A DNA stretch of 64,000 nt from Promethearchaeota archaeon (GCA_019058365.1 JAHPZE010000016.1:33670-97669); one strand, 5' to 3'; numbered from the stretch's first letter, positions 18,815 through 30,951 are shown. A program made the numbers and translations. Notes: a model not told the origin generated them from the letters alone.

Positions 18815-19966
18815 ATGAAAGAAACTTCCCATAGAGTATCTAAAGCTCCAAAATCAGCAATTAGAGAGTTATTCGATCTTGCTTCAGGGCGTCCAGATGT
18901 AATTAGTTTAGGTATTGGACAACCAGATTTTCCCACGCCAGAACCAGCAATACAAGGAAATATTGATGCCTTAAAAAAAAAAATTACGATGTATGCTCCT
19001 ACAAGAGGAGTTCCGGAATTATTAGAATTGATAGAAGAAAAAATGCGAAGGAAAAATAAGATTAATACAAATTGGAAAGAAAATATAATTGTTACTAATG
19101 GAGCTAGTCAAGCAGTTACTTTAGCATTTGCTTCACTCTTTAATCCAGGAGATGAATTGATTATTTCTTCGCCGAATTTTGTTTCTTACTTTTATTGTGC
19201 ATTATTTTTTGGTGTTAAAGTAATAGAAGTTAAACGAAACAAAGATTTTAGTCCCAATATTGAAGGAATAAGAAATTCAATCACCCCTAAGACTAAAGCG
19301 ATGTTAATTAATTCTCCAAATAATCCTACTGGTCATATACTATCTTCAACTGAATTAAAAGATATTGTTGATATTATTATCGAAAAAGATCTATATTTGA
19401 TAACAGATGAAGTCTATGAAAATTATGTCTATGATGGATTAAAACATATTAGTCCAGCCTCTCTAGATGGTATGTTTGAAAGGACAATTACCGTAAATGC
19501 GATGTCAAAATTATTTTCTGCCACAGGATTTAGAATTGGATATGCAGTTGCTTCAAAAGCTATTATTGACTTAATGGAAAAATTTCATCAATATACAGTA
19601 GCAGGAACTAATCATGCTGCACAATATGGTTTTATTGAAGCTTTAAAAATGGGTATTGGTTTTTTTAAAGAAATTTGGGAGAGTTTTAATGAACGACGAA
19701 ATTTAGTTTATAATAGATTAAAAGAAATTGGTTTTAATCTTGTAAAACCACACGGAGCGTTTTATATGATGCCTTCAACTGAAAAATTCAATTTGACAGG
19801 TTCCCAATTTTCGCAGAGAATTATGGAGAAACAAGCAATAGCAATTGTTCCTGGAAATATATTCGGGTCATTTTCAGATAATATGATAAGAATATCATAT
19901 GCTACTGAAATAGAAAAGCTTAAGGAAGCAATGAACAGAATTGAGAAATTTGTTCTCAAATTATAA
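18815..19966 (+). CDS. class I/II PLP-dependent (aspartate/aromatic) aminotransferase
   Basis: SLGIGQPDF, NSPNNPTG, TDEVY, SKLFSATGFRIG (PLP Lys) and IRISYA. Confidence 0.92.
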   Translation: MKETSHRVSKAPKSAIRELFDLASGRPDVISLGIGQPDFPTPEPAIQGNIDALKKKITMYAPTRGVPELLELIEEKMRRKNKINTNWKENIIVTNGASQAVTLAFASLFNPGDELIISSPNFVSYFYCALFFGVKVIEVKRNKDFSPNIEGIRNSITPKTKAMLINSPNNPTGHILSSTELKDIVDIIIEKDLYLITDEVYENYVYDGLKHISPASLDGMFERTITVNAMSKLFSATGFRIGYAVASKAIIDLMEKFHQYTVAGTNHAAQYGFIEALKMGIGFFKEIWESFNERRNLVYNRLKEIGFNLVKPHGAFYMMPSTEKFNLTGSQFSQRIMEKQAIAIVPGNIFGSFSDNMIRISYATEIEKLKEAMNRIEKFVLKL

Positions 19967-20022
19967 AAATACTTATTATAATTACGCCTTCAAAGGTGCC
20001 GAAGTTAATGGATTAATCAAAT

Positions 20023-20220
20023 CTATACATAATCAACTTCAAATGATGTTTTAGGCAGTACTTCAGCACCCTTACTTATAACAAGGGTAGGTGACTCAAG
20101 TCAAAGACCTCCTAGTCAGGAGGAGTAAATACAATTACTGCAATTTCTACTATTTTTTCTTCAAATTCTGAATATCCCCAATCCTTATCGGGAACAACTA
20201 AAGGAGCAGATTTATTAGCA
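20023..20220 (-). pseudogene. 3' fragment of a degraded paralogue of the M24 peptidase-like gene at 21496-22698
   Basis: Translates as ...PLVVPDKDWGYSEFEEKIVEIAVIVFTPP/LGGL*LESPTLVISKGAEVLPKTSFEVDYV*, with one frameshift and one nonsense codon relative to the intact copy. Confidence 0.85.
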
Positions 20221-20486
20221 TGAAATTAAGTTTCTATACTTGATGCCAAATCTCTAAGTATTTAAAGTTCGAAAGGTGCGAAGTTAGATATTTGTAATTT
20301 TAAACCTTCTAGGTTTAGATACAAAATATATACATCATTTGGAGAAACCTCAAGTAATTTAGCTTAGATTTTTTTCTAAACATCACCCAAGATCAAAATT
20401 TGATTAATTATTCAAAATCCATAAACAAATGAAAATATTTATATATCAAAATTAGTTATGCCTAAATAACGTTAAAGAAATTTTAG

Positions 20487-21395
20487 ATGAGAATAAAGGT
20501 GAGGGTGGTAGAGATGAAAAATCAAAGGATTTCCAAATTTTATAAGGATTTATCCCCGGATCTTTATCAATATCTTGTGGAATATAGAAAAAATCATCCC
20601 ATAAAGATTATTATGTTCAGAAATAAGGAAATAGAATATATTAGCTGTGGAACTGGTGAAAAAGCCGTTCTTACCTTTCATGGAGCACTTGGAAATGCTG
20701 AGGGTAATTTTCAAGCTATACAATTTTTTGAAAAAAATTATAGGGTTGTTGCCCCATCAATTACTAACTTTGAAAGTTTGGATGAATTTAGTGAAGGAAT
20801 AAATGAAATTTTAAAAAAGGAAAATGTGGAAAAATGTATATTAATAGGTCAGAGTTTTGGAAGTTTTATGGCTCAACCGTATTTCCATAGAAATTATAAA
20901 AATATAGAGGCGCTTATTCTTATTAATAGCTATCCTCCAAAAAATGAATGGGTAAACGATTTTAAAAAATACAATAAGGTGCTTAAGTTCATACCGGCTT
21001 TTCTATTAAGGAAGTTGATGTCAAAAAAACTTTTAAAATTAGCCAATGAAGATAAAGAAATGAAAACTGAAATTCGGGAGGAATTTAAGTTTACAATAGC
21101 TTTTACAAAAGAAAGGTTTAGTAAAATAGAGAAAAGTGTCATACTATGTCAATCAATTCTCACTGGTGAATTCAATGGTGAAAAATATAGTATAGAAGAT
21201 TATGACGGGTGGGATGGTAAAGTTCTTATATTTACAGCGAATGATGATAATGGATTTCCTTATCATGAGGAATTAAGAAGCCAATATCCCAATGTGGAAG
21301 AAATAATATTTGAGAATGTAGGGCATATGGGCACTTTACTCAATAGAGATGAATATCATGCTACTTTAAACAGATTTTTGGATTCATTAAATTAA
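20487..21395 (+). CDS. alpha/beta-fold hydrolase
   Basis: FHGALG oxyanion motif, GQSFG nucleophile elbow, NDD acid and GHMG catalytic His. The start is probably ATG 20514 after a GAGGGTGG RBS. Confidence 0.88.
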   Translation: MRIKVRVVEMKNQRISKFYKDLSPDLYQYLVEYRKNHPIKIIMFRNKEIEYISCGTGEKAVLTFHGALGNAEGNFQAIQFFEKNYRVVAPSITNFESLDEFSEGINEILKKENVEKCILIGQSFGSFMAQPYFHRNYKNIEALILINSYPPKNEWVNDFKKYNKVLKFIPAFLLRKLMSKKLLKLANEDKEMKTEIREEFKFTIAFTKERFSKIEKSVILCQSILTGEFNGEKYSIEDYDGWDGKVLIFTANDDNGFPYHEELRSQYPNVEEIIFENVGHMGTLLNRDEYHATLNRFLDSLN

Positions 21396-21495
21396 AAAAA
21401 TATTTTCTTTTAAGATTTATATATTTTTATAGCAATTAGTAACTTTTTATTAAAATAAATTATATTTAATTATTCTTAAGATGAATAAATCAATT

Positions 21496-22698
21496 CTATA
21501 TATAATCAACTTCAAATGGTGTTTTAGGGAGTACTTTCGCACCTTTACTTGTAACAAGGGTAGGAGACTCTAGTCGAAGGCCTCCAAGTCCAGGACGATT
21601 AAATACTATTGCTGCTATTTCAACCATGTTCTCCTCAAATGTTAAATGACCCCAATCCTTACCGGGAACTACAACGGGGGAAGATTCATTTCCTATGATG
21701 CCTATCGAGTGTCCCAAACCGAAAAAAAGATCATTAGGATATCCCGCTTTTTCAGCCACTTTATGCACTTCTTGATAGCAATTATCGAATGTATTTCCCA
21801 CATACATATTGTCAATAAGAGTATAGCATAGTTGTTCATATACTTCATTGAACTTCTTAAGCTCAGTGGGACATGATCCAAGAATATAATTATGGCTTAG
21901 ATCTCCTAGATAACATCCATATTCGCTATGTAAGTCTACAAGTAACGATTCTCCTTCTTTAACTTTTTTATTTGTCGCAGGTGTGCATCCATTAAATGTC
22001 CATGCTGTACGATAACCTGAGCCAATCTCCTGACTTCCTGTAAAAGTCCATTCATAATTGCTACCTGCCTTTCTCATAGCTAAAGTACCTATTCCCGCAA
22101 TCTCATTTTCAGTAAATACTTTCCCCTCAGGGCGTTCATTTAATTCTCTCTTAACAATTTCTTGTCCAATATCAGTGATTTCGGACGCTTTACGAAGCAT
22201 AGCAATCTCCTCTGGTTCTTTGATAAATTGAATTCTCTCGGTTTTATCATTAAAATCAACGAATTCACATCCAGGAAACACTTTCTTTAGTAATTCTGCT
22301 TCAGTATATGAGAGCATTTGACCAGTTACACAAATATCTAATCCCAATTCTACACCTATTTTGGGAACAGATCCTTTAGGATTAAACACCCCTGCTTTTT
22401 TAGCTGCTTTTTCTAGTTTTTTTTCTATATAAAATACTTTGAGAGGCCCCCATCCACTAATATTTTTTAAATATCCCTCCGCTCTTATTCTTTCTACATC
22501 TAGGAGTACCGTAAATAATTCTGGTTCTCCCATTCCTTCTTTCGGGAGAAAAAGATAACTTTTCCATGGAACAAAACATCCCGTCAAATAAGTAATAGAT
22601 TTTACCCTTGTTAGAACACAAAAATCAAGATTTAATTCTTCCATCGCCACTTGATATTTTTTCATATGACCTTTCCAATCTACTTTTATATCATTCAT
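21496..22698 (-). CDS. M24-family (Xaa-Pro peptidase/creatinase fold) protein, atypical active site
   Basis: Creatinase-like N-domain, IKEPEEIAMLRKA, D-x10-D, GHSIG and GGLRLE. Confidence 0.85.
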   Translation of the reverse strand: MNDIKVDWKGHMKKYQVAMEELNLDFCVLTRVKSITYLTGCFVPWKSYLFLPKEGMGEPELFTVLLDVERIRAEGYLKNISGWGPLKVFYIEKKLEKAAKKAGVFNPKGSVPKIGVELGLDICVTGQMLSYTEAELLKKVFPGCEFVDFNDKTERIQFIKEPEEIAMLRKASEITDIGQEIVKRELNERPEGKVFTENEIAGIGTLAMRKAGSNYEWTFTGSQEIGSGYRTAWTFNGCTPATNKKVKEGESLLVDLHSEYGCYLGDLSHNYILGSCPTELKKFNEVYEQLCYTLIDNMYVGNTFDNCYQEVHKVAEKAGYPNDLFFGLGHSIGIIGNESSPVVVPGKDWGHLTFEENMVEIAAIVFNRPGLGGLRLESPTLVTSKGAKVLPKTPFEVDYI

Positions 22699-22827
22699 GA
22701 TAAAACTCTCTTTAATTATTCAAATAATAATATTTAGATAATGTCTCTAATAAAATTTTACAAAATTAATAGAGAATTAGATATGCAAAATATGGATATA
22801 ATTAAAAATATATTATAGAAATTTTAA

Positions 22828-25161
<2,334 letters not shown>

Positions 25162-25178
25162 TTATAATAAAGTAATTA

Positions 25179-25988
25179 TTAGAGATCTTCATTAATTTGG
25201 ATGTTTAAATTATGTTCTAAATAAAATTTAAATGATTTTGATATCTCTGGTTCGTTTAGAGTTCTATTTTTATTTAGTTTCACATAATTTTTTCTTAATT
25301 TAATAATTCTCTTTTTCAATGGTAAATACCTTGAGAGATGTAAAAGTCTTCCTACGTAAATCCTTGTAATTTTATCAAGATTTTCATTATCCAAATTTGA
25401 AATTTCGCTCTCAAATTCTAAGGATTTAAGTTCAAATTTTTTATTATCCCTTTTTATAAGGATGTTCTCTAAAAAATCCTCTACTAAAGGGTTTAGCTCT
25501 GCCATTTGTGAAAGATCATATACTGCATCCGTAACATCCCACTTATATCTATTAAAATTATCAAATTTTTCATGAATTTTTTTAATAACCATATTTGGAA
25601 TAGGTTCCCCTCTTTTTTCATTCCACTTCAAACAAATTTCAATGGGAGTAGCTATATGAATAATAAAAAAAAAAATCTTGAGCGTTTCGGCAATATCTCT
25701 TAAATCATGTCTCATACTGGAGTAATAGTTTAAATCATCGCTAATTACTATGTGCCCCTTTTCTAATTCACTTTTTATTTTTTTAAGGTTCTCTTTTCTA
25801 ATGATGTATTCTTTTTCATAATCAAATTTATCTTCAGACAATTTTTGTCTTATTATATCAGGATCAATGATTTTAACATCTAAATTATTATATCTTTTTT
25901 TAATTGCAGACTTTAATAATTTTGCAAAGGTACTTTTACCAGAAGCAGGTAATCCTACTAAACAGATTAAAAAATTTTGGTTATCCAA
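25179..25988 (-). CDS. pstK: O-phosphoseryl-tRNA(Sec) kinase / KTI12-family P-loop kinase
   Basis: GLPASGKST, DPDIIR, DDLNYYSSMR and CLKWNEKR motifs with a C-terminal helical domain. Lokiarchaeia are known to use selenocysteine. Confidence 0.72.
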   Translation of the reverse strand: MDNQNFLICLVGLPASGKSTFAKLLKSAIKKRYNNLDVKIIDPDIIRQKLSEDKFDYEKEYIIRKENLKKIKSELEKGHIVISDDLNYYSSMRHDLRDIAETLKIFFFIIHIATPIEICLKWNEKRGEPIPNMVIKKIHEKFDNFNRYKWDVTDAVYDLSQMAELNPLVEDFLENILIKRDNKKFELKSLEFESEISNLDNENLDKITRIYVGRLLHLSRYLPLKKRIIKLRKNYVKLNKNRTLNEPEISKSFKFYLEHNLNIQINEDL

Positions 25989-26000
25989 TAAAGAAATCGC

Positions 26001-26294
26001 CTAAATTGTATTAATACTTATATTCTTTATTAATTCTCGCTTTTGTTGTCTTGAAAAAGCTTTTATTTGTAATTCTCTTTGCATTGCTTCCTTTCTACTT
26101 CGATAAGATTCGAAATATTTTAACTCAATTTTTTTCTTACCCTTACAGAATTTAGCACCCATCCCACTTCGATGTTCATGCCATCTCCTATAAAGATTAT
26201 TGGTGTATCCCGTGTAGTAACTTCTTTTTCCAGTCTTAGCAATAACTTCTAAAATATAAACATAGTATACATTCATATAAAATCCTCTATGCAA
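26001..26294 (-). CDS. GIY-YIG nuclease (UPF0213-like)
   Basis: YYVYIL...YYTGYTNNLYRRWHEH..G.GAKF...EAMQRE..IK. Confidence 0.9.
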   Translation of the reverse strand: MHRGFYMNVYYVYILEVIAKTGKRSYYTGYTNNLYRRWHEHRSGMGAKFCKGKKKIELKYFESYRSRKEAMQRELQIKAFSRQQKRELIKNISINTI

Positions 26295-26488
26295 TAAATC
26301 AACATTGTATTATTTATTTTTTTAGGCGATCTCTATAAATTTAGTTTAATTTTACAAGCATGCCTTCAAATATTTATTATATATATTACGATATCATAAT
26401 TGATTAATTAAGAAAATAAGAATTAAATTTTTAATAATAAACGATTATTTAATTATTAAGATTCAAATTAGATGCCAAATTAGAACCT

Positions 26489-27124
26489 ATGCCAAACGGG
26501 ATCTTTTTAATTCGATGGGATATAGTTGAGGGGGGAATGATTCATTTAAAATATCCAGAAGCCCTAGAGATCCCAGATCCAGTTGTTCAACAAATAACAA
26601 TATCGCATAACTTTACTGAATCTTATATTATTACAGAAGAGAAAAATTGGAACTCAGTTTCTTATTATAATGAACATAAGGAAATGATACTTGTTTTAGT
26701 TTTAAGTAAATATGATGATGGTAATGATTATTTAGAAATTCTTGAAAAATTTAATCAAGAAATTGAAAAAGAAACAGACGAAGAAAAATTAAAAGAACAT
26801 CTGGAAAGTATGTTTCTTATCAGTTTGGATGCATTCCGAACCACTGATGAAGTTATTACAAAATTAAGTAATGAAGTTGCCTTTTTGAAAACACGAGAAT
26901 ATGATTATGACGTTAAATTCGATTATATCACAAAATCAAATCACTTATCAGTGAAAAGTAAAATATTATTTTTGTTAGCAATAAAAGATACAGTAAAGTT
27001 AGAAGATTTTAAACGAGTGATAAACACAAACAAACGATGGTTATTAAATGTTCTTGAAACGCTTGTAAAAAATGAAGTTATAGGATACAACTCTGAGAAA
27101 AATTTTTATTTTTTGAGGATATGA
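26489..27124 (+). CDS. longin/uDENN-like N-domain fused to a C-terminal winged helix
   Basis: GIFLIRWDIVEGGMIHLKYP resembles the uDENN/longin start. The C-terminus KILFLL....LEDFKRVI....WLLNVLETLVKNEVIGY....FYFL is wHTH-like. Confidence 0.55.
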   Translation: MPNGIFLIRWDIVEGGMIHLKYPEALEIPDPVVQQITISHNFTESYIITEEKNWNSVSYYNEHKEMILVLVLSKYDDGNDYLEILEKFNQEIEKETDEEKLKEHLESMFLISLDAFRTTDEVITKLSNEVAFLKTREYDYDVKFDYITKSNHLSVKSKILFLLAIKDTVKLEDFKRVINTNKRWLLNVLETLVKNEVIGYNSEKNFYFLRI

Positions 27125-27405
27125 ATGAATCTAAGATAAAAGTTAAAGTATTTGGATATGTTCAAGGCGTTTTTTTTCGTTATACTACTCGAAAATTTGC
27201 TCGAAATTTAGGTTTAACGGGATATGTTAAAAATATGCCAGATGGAACCGTCTATATCGAAGCAGAAGGGGCTAAAGATAAATTAAATGAACTTTTAGAA
27301 TTTTCTAAACATGGACCTAAGTATGCTAGAGTAGAAAAAGTTGAATATGAATATTCACAGCCAACAAATGAATTCAAGGAATTTGATTACATGATTGAAT
27401 ACTAA
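27121..27405 (+). CDS. acyP: acylphosphatase
   Basis: VFGYVQGVFFR...GLTGYVKNMPDGTV..EAEG...GPKYARV. Confidence 0.95.
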   Translation: MNESKIKVKVFGYVQGVFFRYTTRKFARNLGLTGYVKNMPDGTVYIEAEGAKDKLNELLEFSKHGPKYARVEKVEYEYSQPTNEFKEFDYMIEY

Positions 27406-27491
27406 TTTTTCTGAAGAAATTTGATAAAAACATCGAAGATAATATCTTAGTAACACTTTCTTTCAAAAAGGACGGTTTAAATTCTTTATTT

Positions 27492-27830
27492 ATGTCGGTT
27501 TTCTTAAAACGAAATGAATATTTAAAGATGTTCCAAACATTAAACCATAATAAAATTAGATTTCAAACACCTTTAATTCTAAGAATGTTTGGTGCTTTGA
27601 ATAAAATAAACATGAGAAATGAAAATAGGTATATAATATGTAATTTCCTTGACCAATATAGTGATAAAATAGGTCTCAACATAGATATTTATGAGAGTAA
27701 TAATAATAAATCTCTTAATCAACTACTTCTATTAGCACTTAACAAAGCTAAAGAATTTAATTTGGTTGAAGTATTATATAATGAATACATTAATTCTATT
27801 AATGCTATTAACACAAAGAAATCTATTTGA
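27492..27830 (+). CDS. hypothetical protein
   Basis: 112-aa ORF with ATG start. No motif recognised. Confidence 0.55.
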   Translation: MSVFLKRNEYLKMFQTLNHNKIRFQTPLILRMFGALNKINMRNENRYIICNFLDQYSDKIGLNIDIYESNNNKSLNQLLLLALNKAKEFNLVEVLYNEYINSINAINTKKSI

Positions 27831-27910
27831 AAATCTTTTTTGAATTTCCATTAGACAGGATTAGTTAAGCAAAAAAATAAAATTATATAATTAATAGGGA
27901 TAAAAATTTT

Positions 27911-28588
27911 TTAGATGAAAGTGATATCTTGATATTCTGAGTCTCCAATATCTTTTCTTGCTACTCCTAATTCTCTAACTTGTTGATTTAGTTTTAATAC
28001 TGCATCTCTTACTATTTCTTTTTGTTTTGCACCCGTGCATACGATCCTTCCAGTTGAAAAAATTAGAAATACTGTTTTAGGATCTTGCATACGGTAAATT
28101 AAACCCGGAAAAACTTCTGGTTCATACATAGCATATTCCATTACAATTGCCGCCATATTAAGATCAATATTTGTATGGAGATCGCCAGATGCTACTATAT
28201 TTTGAATTGTGATTTCTGGATTAGATAATTTTATACCTGCTTTTCTAATGTTCTTTACTACTTTATCAACAACTCTTTCTGCTTCTGCTGCTTGTCTAAG
28301 ACCCGTAACTACCATTTTCCCCGTAGAAAATATCAAAATTGTAGCACGAGGTTTTTCAATTCTCATTACTAAACCGGGAAAACGTTCAGGATTATATTCA
28401 ACCTCTGCATGCCTTCTTGCTATTTGATTAAGATCAATTTTTTCTGTAATCTCTACTACGACTGTTGCAACGACATTCTCTATTTTATAATCTAAATCAG
28501 TTTCATAATCATATTCTTCTTTTTCCTCTTCTTCCCCTTCTTCATCAAATTCATCTTCAAATTCGTCATCAAATTCTTCATCTGACAT
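27911..28588 (-). CDS. tbp: TATA-box-binding protein with acidic N-terminal extension
   Basis: Two repeats: IENVVAT...YNPERFPGL...LIFSTGKMVVTG and IQNIVAS...YEPEVFPGL...LIFSTGRIVCTG. Confidence 0.97.
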   Translation of the reverse strand: MSDEEFDDEFEDEFDEEGEEEEKEEYDYETDLDYKIENVVATVVVEITEKIDLNQIARRHAEVEYNPERFPGLVMRIEKPRATILIFSTGKMVVTGLRQAAEAERVVDKVVKNIRKAGIKLSNPEITIQNIVASGDLHTNIDLNMAAIVMEYAMYEPEVFPGLIYRMQDPKTVFLIFSTGRIVCTGAKQKEIVRDAVLKLNQQVRELGVARKDIGDSEYQDITFI

Positions 28589-28820
28589 GATAATATTAAG
28601 TGATAATTATGATTTGGAAATTATAAAATTAAAATATTCTTTATTACAAGGTTTCCTTGTTAATTTTATTTAAATAAATCTTCCTTTATAAAGGTGGTAG
28701 ATTTAAAAAAGATTACTGCTAAAATCACAAAATTTTGATAGTTGATATTTTATTTGCAAATATTTCTTCTTAAAAAATTAATATAGGAAAAGAAACTATC
28801 TAAAATTTTTTTAATGATTT

Positions 28821-29339
28821 TTAAGCATTTGAAATCTTATCTATAATTTTACTTGACAGCTCAATGAATGCTTCTTCGACATTTTGACCAGTTTTCGCAG
28901 AAGTAATAATGATTCCTAAATTATTAACTGTAGCATATTCTTTTGATTCACTTTCAGTTATTTTAATTTGATTTTTCAAATCAGATTTATTTCCTATTAA
29001 TATTATAGGAGCATCATCTCTAGCTTCTCTAAAACTTTGAACCCATTCATCAAGTTTATCATAAGATTTTTTATTCGTCATATCAAAAACCAGAAGCGCA
29101 CCATTGGCACCTTCCAAATAGAGCTTTCTAAGAGATTTAAAAGATTCTTGTCCGCCTAGATCCCAGATTTGAGCAGATACACTGCCATATTTGTCAAGTT
29201 CCATATCCTTTTTTAAAAGATTCACTCCTAGGGTACTTTTATAATTTTCTCTGAACTTATTCTCGATAAATCTATAAACTAATGACGTTTTACCTACATT
29301 TGCTTCTCCAAGAAGCACTAATTTTATAATATATGACAT
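28821..29339 (-). CDS. Rab-like small GTPase
   Basis: GEANVGKTS, WDLGGQE, NKSD, TSAK. Confidence 0.93.
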   Translation of the reverse strand: MSYIIKLVLLGEANVGKTSLVYRFIENKFRENYKSTLGVNLLKKDMELDKYGSVSAQIWDLGGQESFKSLRKLYLEGANGALLVFDMTNKKSYDKLDEWVQSFREARDDAPIILIGNKSDLKNQIKITESESKEYATVNNLGIIITSAKTGQNVEEAFIELSSKIIDKISNA

Positions 29340-29571
29340 ATAATGAACCCTTTTTATTAATTTGGCTTAATTAATCAATTAAATAGAAATTAATTTCAAT
29401 ATTTTGGTTTTATACCAATAAAATAATAAAATTACAATTTTAATTTATATTCAAAATATAGTTTATACTTATTAATAATTTTCTAATAACATTTTAAAAT
29501 TAATTTGAACACTTTTATTAGAGTCAATGACTTTTCCTAAAAAAATAGTAGCAAAAAAATAAGTTATAGAA

Positions 29572-30051
29572 TTAATCCTTCTGGAAAACGAGCATAAAAG
29601 TACAGTAATTCTCACCGGTTTGTAAACTACATCCGAGTTCTTGAGCAAAACAATGACGATCACTTAGTTTTTCCACAACACCTGCTAACAATCCAGCTTC
29701 AAATGAACAGAAGCTTCCTGCAGTTTTAATTCCTTTTTTAATTAGATCTTTTATAGATGAATGGTCTTTTAGTTTTAATTGTATAATTTCATCTGTACTT
29801 TCAGTTATCTCAACTGATCCAAGATTAAATTCGTTAATAATTCGCTTTAATTCCTCCGGAATTTGATATATATCCTTAACGGTCTTAATCTTTAAGGTAC
29901 TTCCTAATTCATGTCCTAAATAGTAAAAAATTGCCTCTAGTTGGTGACCTAATGCTAATAAAGCACCAACTTTCATATCTCCAATTGATTTGCCCTCTTT
30001 TAAATTTTTTCTCATTTGGGCTAGTATTTTAGAGAGTAATTGCCTATCCAT
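29572..30051 (-). CDS. V4R (Bet3/TRAPPC3-like fold) protein
   Basis: FYYLGHELG...FNLGSVEI...FCSFEAGLLAGVVE...ELGC...GENYCTF. Confidence 0.85.
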   Translation of the reverse strand: MDRQLLSKILAQMRKNLKEGKSIGDMKVGALLALGHQLEAIFYYLGHELGSTLKIKTVKDIYQIPEELKRIINEFNLGSVEITESTDEIIQLKLKDHSSIKDLIKKGIKTAGSFCSFEAGLLAGVVEKLSDRHCFAQELGCSLQTGENYCTFMLVFQKD

Positions 30052-30108
30052 TAATGTTCACTTTATTTTAATATATATTTTATTTTATTTTTTATTTTTA
30101 TTTTAAAA

Positions 30109-30408
30109 TTATAATTTAACCGAAGATATAAACGCATAAAGTATCGCATCTATGATTTCTTCTTCTTGAATATTTACGGATATTCTTTTATCAGCTATGA
30201 TTAATGTGGGTACGGAGGTAATACGATATTCTTGAGTAAATTGATGATTCTCTTCAAGATCAATTGATATTTTTTCTATTCGTAGTTTTTTACCAAACAG
30301 CGAAATATTTATTCTCTTTAACATTTCTTCGACTGGTCTGCAAGGAGCACAATGATTTGATGAGAAAAATAAAATTTTTGGATATCCTTGATTGATATCA
30401 TCAAACAT
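30109..30408 (-). CDS. thioredoxin-fold protein
   Basis: FSSNHCAPC (CxxC) and the cis-Pro motif SVPTL. Confidence 0.85.
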   Translation of the reverse strand: MFDDINQGYPKILFFSSNHCAPCRPVEEMLKRINISLFGKKLRIEKISIDLEENHQFTQEYRITSVPTLIIADKRISVNIQEEEIIDAILYAFISSVKL

Positions 30409-30411
30409 GTT

Positions 30412-30951
30412 CTATTCTTCTTTATATTTGTTGTATAACTCTTTTATTATTGCCTGAAATGCTTCAAAAACTCCCTGTCCGGTCTTTGCAGATGTATTAT
30501 AATAACCAAGAAAGTTCCTTTCTTCGACTAGTGTTTTTATATTTTGATCATCTAAATTCTTTTCATCAACTAAATCAGTTTTATTACCAAACAAAACAAT
30601 AGGAAGATCTCCGGTATATTTTTTGATATCTTCATGCCAATCAACTATATTCTTAAAGCTATCTTCATCAGTATGAGAAAATACTATAATTGCAGCCTTG
30701 CTTCCCTTATAAAATGTAGGACGCATAAAGTTAAACTCGTCTTGCCCTGCAATATCCCAAAAAAATAATTTACAATTATCCCCTTCTATTTCTTCGTCAT
30801 ATTTCGAAAATTGGGCACCTAATGTTTTAATATAATCTTTTTGAAAGCTACCTTGAGTATATTTCTTAATTAAGGAGGTCTTACCAACAGCACCATTACC
30901 TATTACAGTTATTTTAAATACGAATCCTTTAGCAACGTCATTTTTTCCCAT
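30412..30951 (-). CDS. Rab-like small GTPase
   Basis: GNGAVGKTS, WDIAGQD, NKTD, TSAK. Confidence 0.93.
   Translation of the reverse strand: MGKNDVAKGFVFKITVIGNGAVGKTSLIKKYTQGSFQKDYIKTLGAQFSKYDEEIEGDNCKLFFWDIAGQDEFNFMRPTFYKGSKAAIIVFSHTDEDSFKNIVDWHEDIKKYTGDLPIVLFGNKTDLVDEKNLDDQNIKTLVEERNFLGYYNTSAKTGQGVFEAFQAIIKELYNKYKEE

Noticed and set aside
20100-20104. In-frame TGA in the M24 fragment read as selenocysteine (PSTK is present in the window)
   Set aside because: It aligns to Arg (CGA>TGA), not Cys, and sits beside a frameshift, so it is ordinary pseudogene decay.
26001-26294. GIY-YIG gene as a homing endonuclease or mobile element
   Set aside because: Stand-alone short UPF0213-type domain with no intron, intein or flanking repeats.
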